A stretch of 42,735 bases of DNA from a virus. Under the pieces are notes generated by a model, which worked only from the letters and a program-made list of their open reading frames with translations, was not told where the DNA came from and did not search any database. Each line of letters starts with the position of its first letter. Positions within the stretch are counted from its first letter, which is position 1. The translations under genes and the position numbers were made by a program. Shown here piece after piece: positions 40,695-42,735 of this stretch. The stretch is taken from the IMG/VR virus record IMGVR_UViG_3300045988_164138, positions 1-42,735 of that record; one strand, given 5' to 3'.

Positions 40695-41609
40695 ATGTTT
40701 TACGACGCGCATTTCATTGTCGACGTCACGAATTGGTCGCGGGGCATTTGGTTGGACGGCACAATGCAGATAATGGACGGTGAGGACATTCTTCTGTCCG
40801 ACCGCCTCGTACCAGCCTACCTCTCCGAGTTTCCGGATGATCGTCGTTCCGCCAATGAGGGGCTGGCTTCCATGCTGGGTATGGCTAAGGTTTACGATCG
40901 CATTCTTACCCTGGCCGACGAGCACGGTTTGCATGTTGACGAGGATGAGTTTTCGGCTTTGACAGTGTCGTCTGGCGGGGTGACGATTGGCACCATGATG
41001 GTTGCTATGAGGCGAAGTGGCGTCGAGCTGGACGTTGACCCGTTCATTGGGGAGGGCGCGTCGAAGCGCCCCATTTGGGACCACTTTGTGGATGGCATCA
41101 CTCACGACCCTGTCGTTGAGCATTCCCGCACTCCCGTTGGTGGCACTATTGGGGTAAGGCCAGAGAGGCCGCTCACACATTCAATGCGATTCCACGTTTA
41201 CATGAATCCGATAGGTGAGATGGCGTTCGTTTCCGGCGAGATCGCGTTGACCGAGGATAATATTGAGACTCTCCACTGGGGGGCCAATGTTGGTGTAGTC
41301 CGTGCCGAGGGCGTTGCGGGTAGGGTTCAGGAAATGTTCGACCGTCTTGTTGTGGGCGCTTCGGTCATGGATAGTCTCACTTCAGTGGCGGGCGCTTGTG
41401 GTATCACTCTCGCGATGGCGGGGGACTCTTTGATTGTCGCCTATTTCGCTGGTGAGATTATTGGGCAGATTGCTGTGGGCGCGGATGAGAGTGGTGTCGA
41501 GTTTATCCCCGGCGTGTTGGATTCCCATGACCGGTCGGACGCCACGAAGAAGGCGTGGGGTTGGTTCTGTGCTCGAATCCGGGAGATTCCTGACAGTGTG
41601 ATCGTTTGA
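40695..41609 (+). CDS. hypothetical protein (304 aa)
   Basis: ATG follows gaggaagagaagagaca. No motif recognised. Confidence 0.65.
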   Translation: MFYDAHFIVDVTNWSRGIWLDGTMQIMDGEDILLSDRLVPAYLSEFPDDRRSANEGLASMLGMAKVYDRILTLADEHGLHVDEDEFSALTVSSGGVTIGTMMVAMRRSGVELDVDPFIGEGASKRPIWDHFVDGITHDPVVEHSRTPVGGTIGVRPERPLTHSMRFHVYMNPIGEMAFVSGEIALTEDNIETLHWGANVGVVRAEGVAGRVQEMFDRLVVGASVMDSLTSVAGACGITLAMAGDSLIVAYFAGEIIGQIAVGADESGVEFIPGVLDSHDRSDATKKAWGWFCARIREIPDSVIV

Positions 41610-41769
41610 CCCCACCGAAATTCTAACTGACGCGCAGGACAAGTTGAGTGATCTGTGTGATTTGGGGGGGGGTGTGGGGCGGGTAATGGGCTCCGACATT
41701 TAACCTTTCGTCTTTCGACGGCAAATAGTAGTATCCATCACAATATTTTGGGAAGAGAGAAGCATTACT

Positions 41770-42051
41770 ATGGCTACAGTTTTCGAAACGGTTATCGCTC
41801 AGGCGGTCTGTGAATGGAATAATGATGGGCGCCGCCATGAGTTCAACGTGCATGCGCCTGCACGTAAGATTTACGACGGTGGAATCATCACTATCGGCAG
41901 CACTTGCCGTATTGTGGTCGCCGGCGACACTGTGAGGGCGAGGTCCATTAAGAGGAAGAGCGCCGCGATTACTCCGGAGAGTGTTGGTGAGTTTGTTCGT
42001 CGTGCTTTGACCGTGGCGGCGGCCCGCGGGAGGGCGGCCGGCAATGAGTGA
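41770..42051 (+). CDS. hypothetical protein (93 aa)
   Basis: ATG follows gggaagagagaagcattact. Confidence 0.6.
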   Translation: MATVFETVIAQAVCEWNNDGRRHEFNVHAPARKIYDGGIITIGSTCRIVVAGDTVRARSIKRKSAAITPESVGEFVRRALTVAAARGRAAGNE

Positions 42052-42379
42052 CGCTACTGTCGATAAGGCAGTGTTCGCCTTTCTTGCTAGTTGTGTTGGC
42101 GATTTTGCTCAGTGGCCCCAGTGTTCGATTGCCGCTTTGCATGGCAACAATGAAGGTGGCCGTCTTTTTGGGGTTCTGTTCAGGGCGACGGCCAGGAATC
42201 CTGACGATAGGACCGTCTTCAGGATTGTTGTCACGAAAGACGATGGGTGGCGGGTTCGTGTTGTTCAGCTGTCTAATCATGTCATTTTGGATGAGCGTGA
42301 CGCTGACCGTGGCACTATCGTCAGTGCTGTGAATCGCTTCATAGAGATGGCTGGCATGGTGGAAAGGCGGGAGTCATGA
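42044..42379 (+). CDS. hypothetical protein (111 aa)
   Basis: 8-nt overlap with the upstream gene. Confidence 0.6.
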   Translation: MSDATVDKAVFAFLASCVGDFAQWPQCSIAALHGNNEGGRLFGVLFRATARNPDDRTVFRIVVTKDDGWRVRVVQLSNHVILDERDADRGTIVSAVNRFIEMAGMVERRES

Positions 42380-42633
42380 TTGACGATGAGCTGCGCCCCA
42401 TTGTGACTGAGTTCATTGTGGAAATGTTCAATGATCCGCGCTGCGAATCCATTCTGTTAGACACGGGCGAGGATGCCATATTGGACAGTGACCTGCCCAT
42501 CCTTTATTCGGACGTCATCGGGAAACGATACGGGTACACTCTCAACATTGCGGGGGATGAGTATTCGGTGAGCATTCGAGATCGCAACACGAACAGCACA
42601 ATAACAACGGTAGAGAGAGGAAAAGGAGCATGA
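42376..42633 (+). CDS. hypothetical protein (85 aa)
   Basis: ATGA overlap with the upstream stop. Confidence 0.6.
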   Translation: MIDDELRPIVTEFIVEMFNDPRCESILLDTGEDAILDSDLPILYSDVIGKRYGYTLNIAGDEYSVSIRDRNTNSTITTVERGKGA

Positions 42634-42735
42634 GAGTTTCAGGAGTTGATCGCCGAAATCAAGACAAAACTGTGGGAGGACAAATGATCAAGCTATTCGA
42701 CTGGGAATTCCTGAAGCATGTCGTTGAGATGTGCA
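42630..42735 (+). CDS. 5' part of the junction-spanning gene that continues as 4..318
   Basis: ATG 42630 has an ATGA overlap with the upstream stop and RBS gagagaggaaaaggagc. It is in frame with ATG 42684, which equals position 4. Confidence 0.5.
   Translation, partial: MRVSGVDRRNQDKTVGGQMIKLFDWEFLKHVVEMC
42681..42735. repeat. 55-bp terminal direct repeat, copy 2
   Basis: Identical to 1-55. Confidence 0.95.

Overview
The window is a complete, circularly assembled dsDNA phage genome. Bases 1-55 are identical to 42681-42735, so the unique length is about 42,680 bp. The architecture is siphovirus-like, and the host is probably a high-GC Gram-positive (actinobacterial type), but it cannot be named from sequence alone.

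Layout:
- A plus-strand early/replication-recombination operon runs from about 39.76 kb across the junction to 9.3 kb. It holds a DUF3987-like protein, an AEP-like primase-polymerase, an SNF2 helicase, a Cas4-like nuclease, a Sak4-like ATPase, a DUF669-like protein and a RuvC-like resolvase.
- A minus-strand late operon runs from about 38.2 kb down to 16.6 kb. It holds an HNH endonuclease, a long non-coding stretch, TerL, portal, a MuF-like protein, scaffold, major capsid, connectors, major tail, G/G-T chaperones with a GGGAAAC -1 frameshift, a 1476-aa tape measure with an NlpC/P60 domain, and tail tip/fibre genes ending in a Spherulin4/GH135-like hydrolase.
- A plus-strand accessory island lies at 12.4-16.5 kb (dCTP deaminase, DUF3310 fusion, acidic, basic and proline-rich proteins).
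- A minus-strand lysis cassette lies at 9.4-12.2 kb.

I recognised no integrase, repressor, tRNA or CRISPR array.

Most interesting observations:
1. A roughly 2.4 kb almost gene-free region (35.94-38.33 kb) contains five same-orientation DnaA-box-like 9-mers, a T-rich tract, a GATC/TGATCA cluster, iteron-like repeats and G-runs.
2. Two copies of a hairpin element flank the HNH gene. They share an identical 32-nt core, and their outer stems differ in sequence but stay complementary.
3. Three evenly spaced TAGACAnTGTCTA palindromes sit at the probable late promoter.
4. An oriented 9-mer, GAATGGCGG, occurs seven times on one strand.
5. GTTTCACGTGAAAC palindromes sit at both convergent operon junctions.
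6. Third-codon-position composition forms a patchwork of strand-coordinated C-to-T-like tracts, with boundaries inside genes and a sharp polarity switch near 38.12 kb.
7. A GC3-rich two-gene antisense cassette lies at 38.8-39.7 kb.

All protein-family calls rest on motif recognition by eye. No database search was run.
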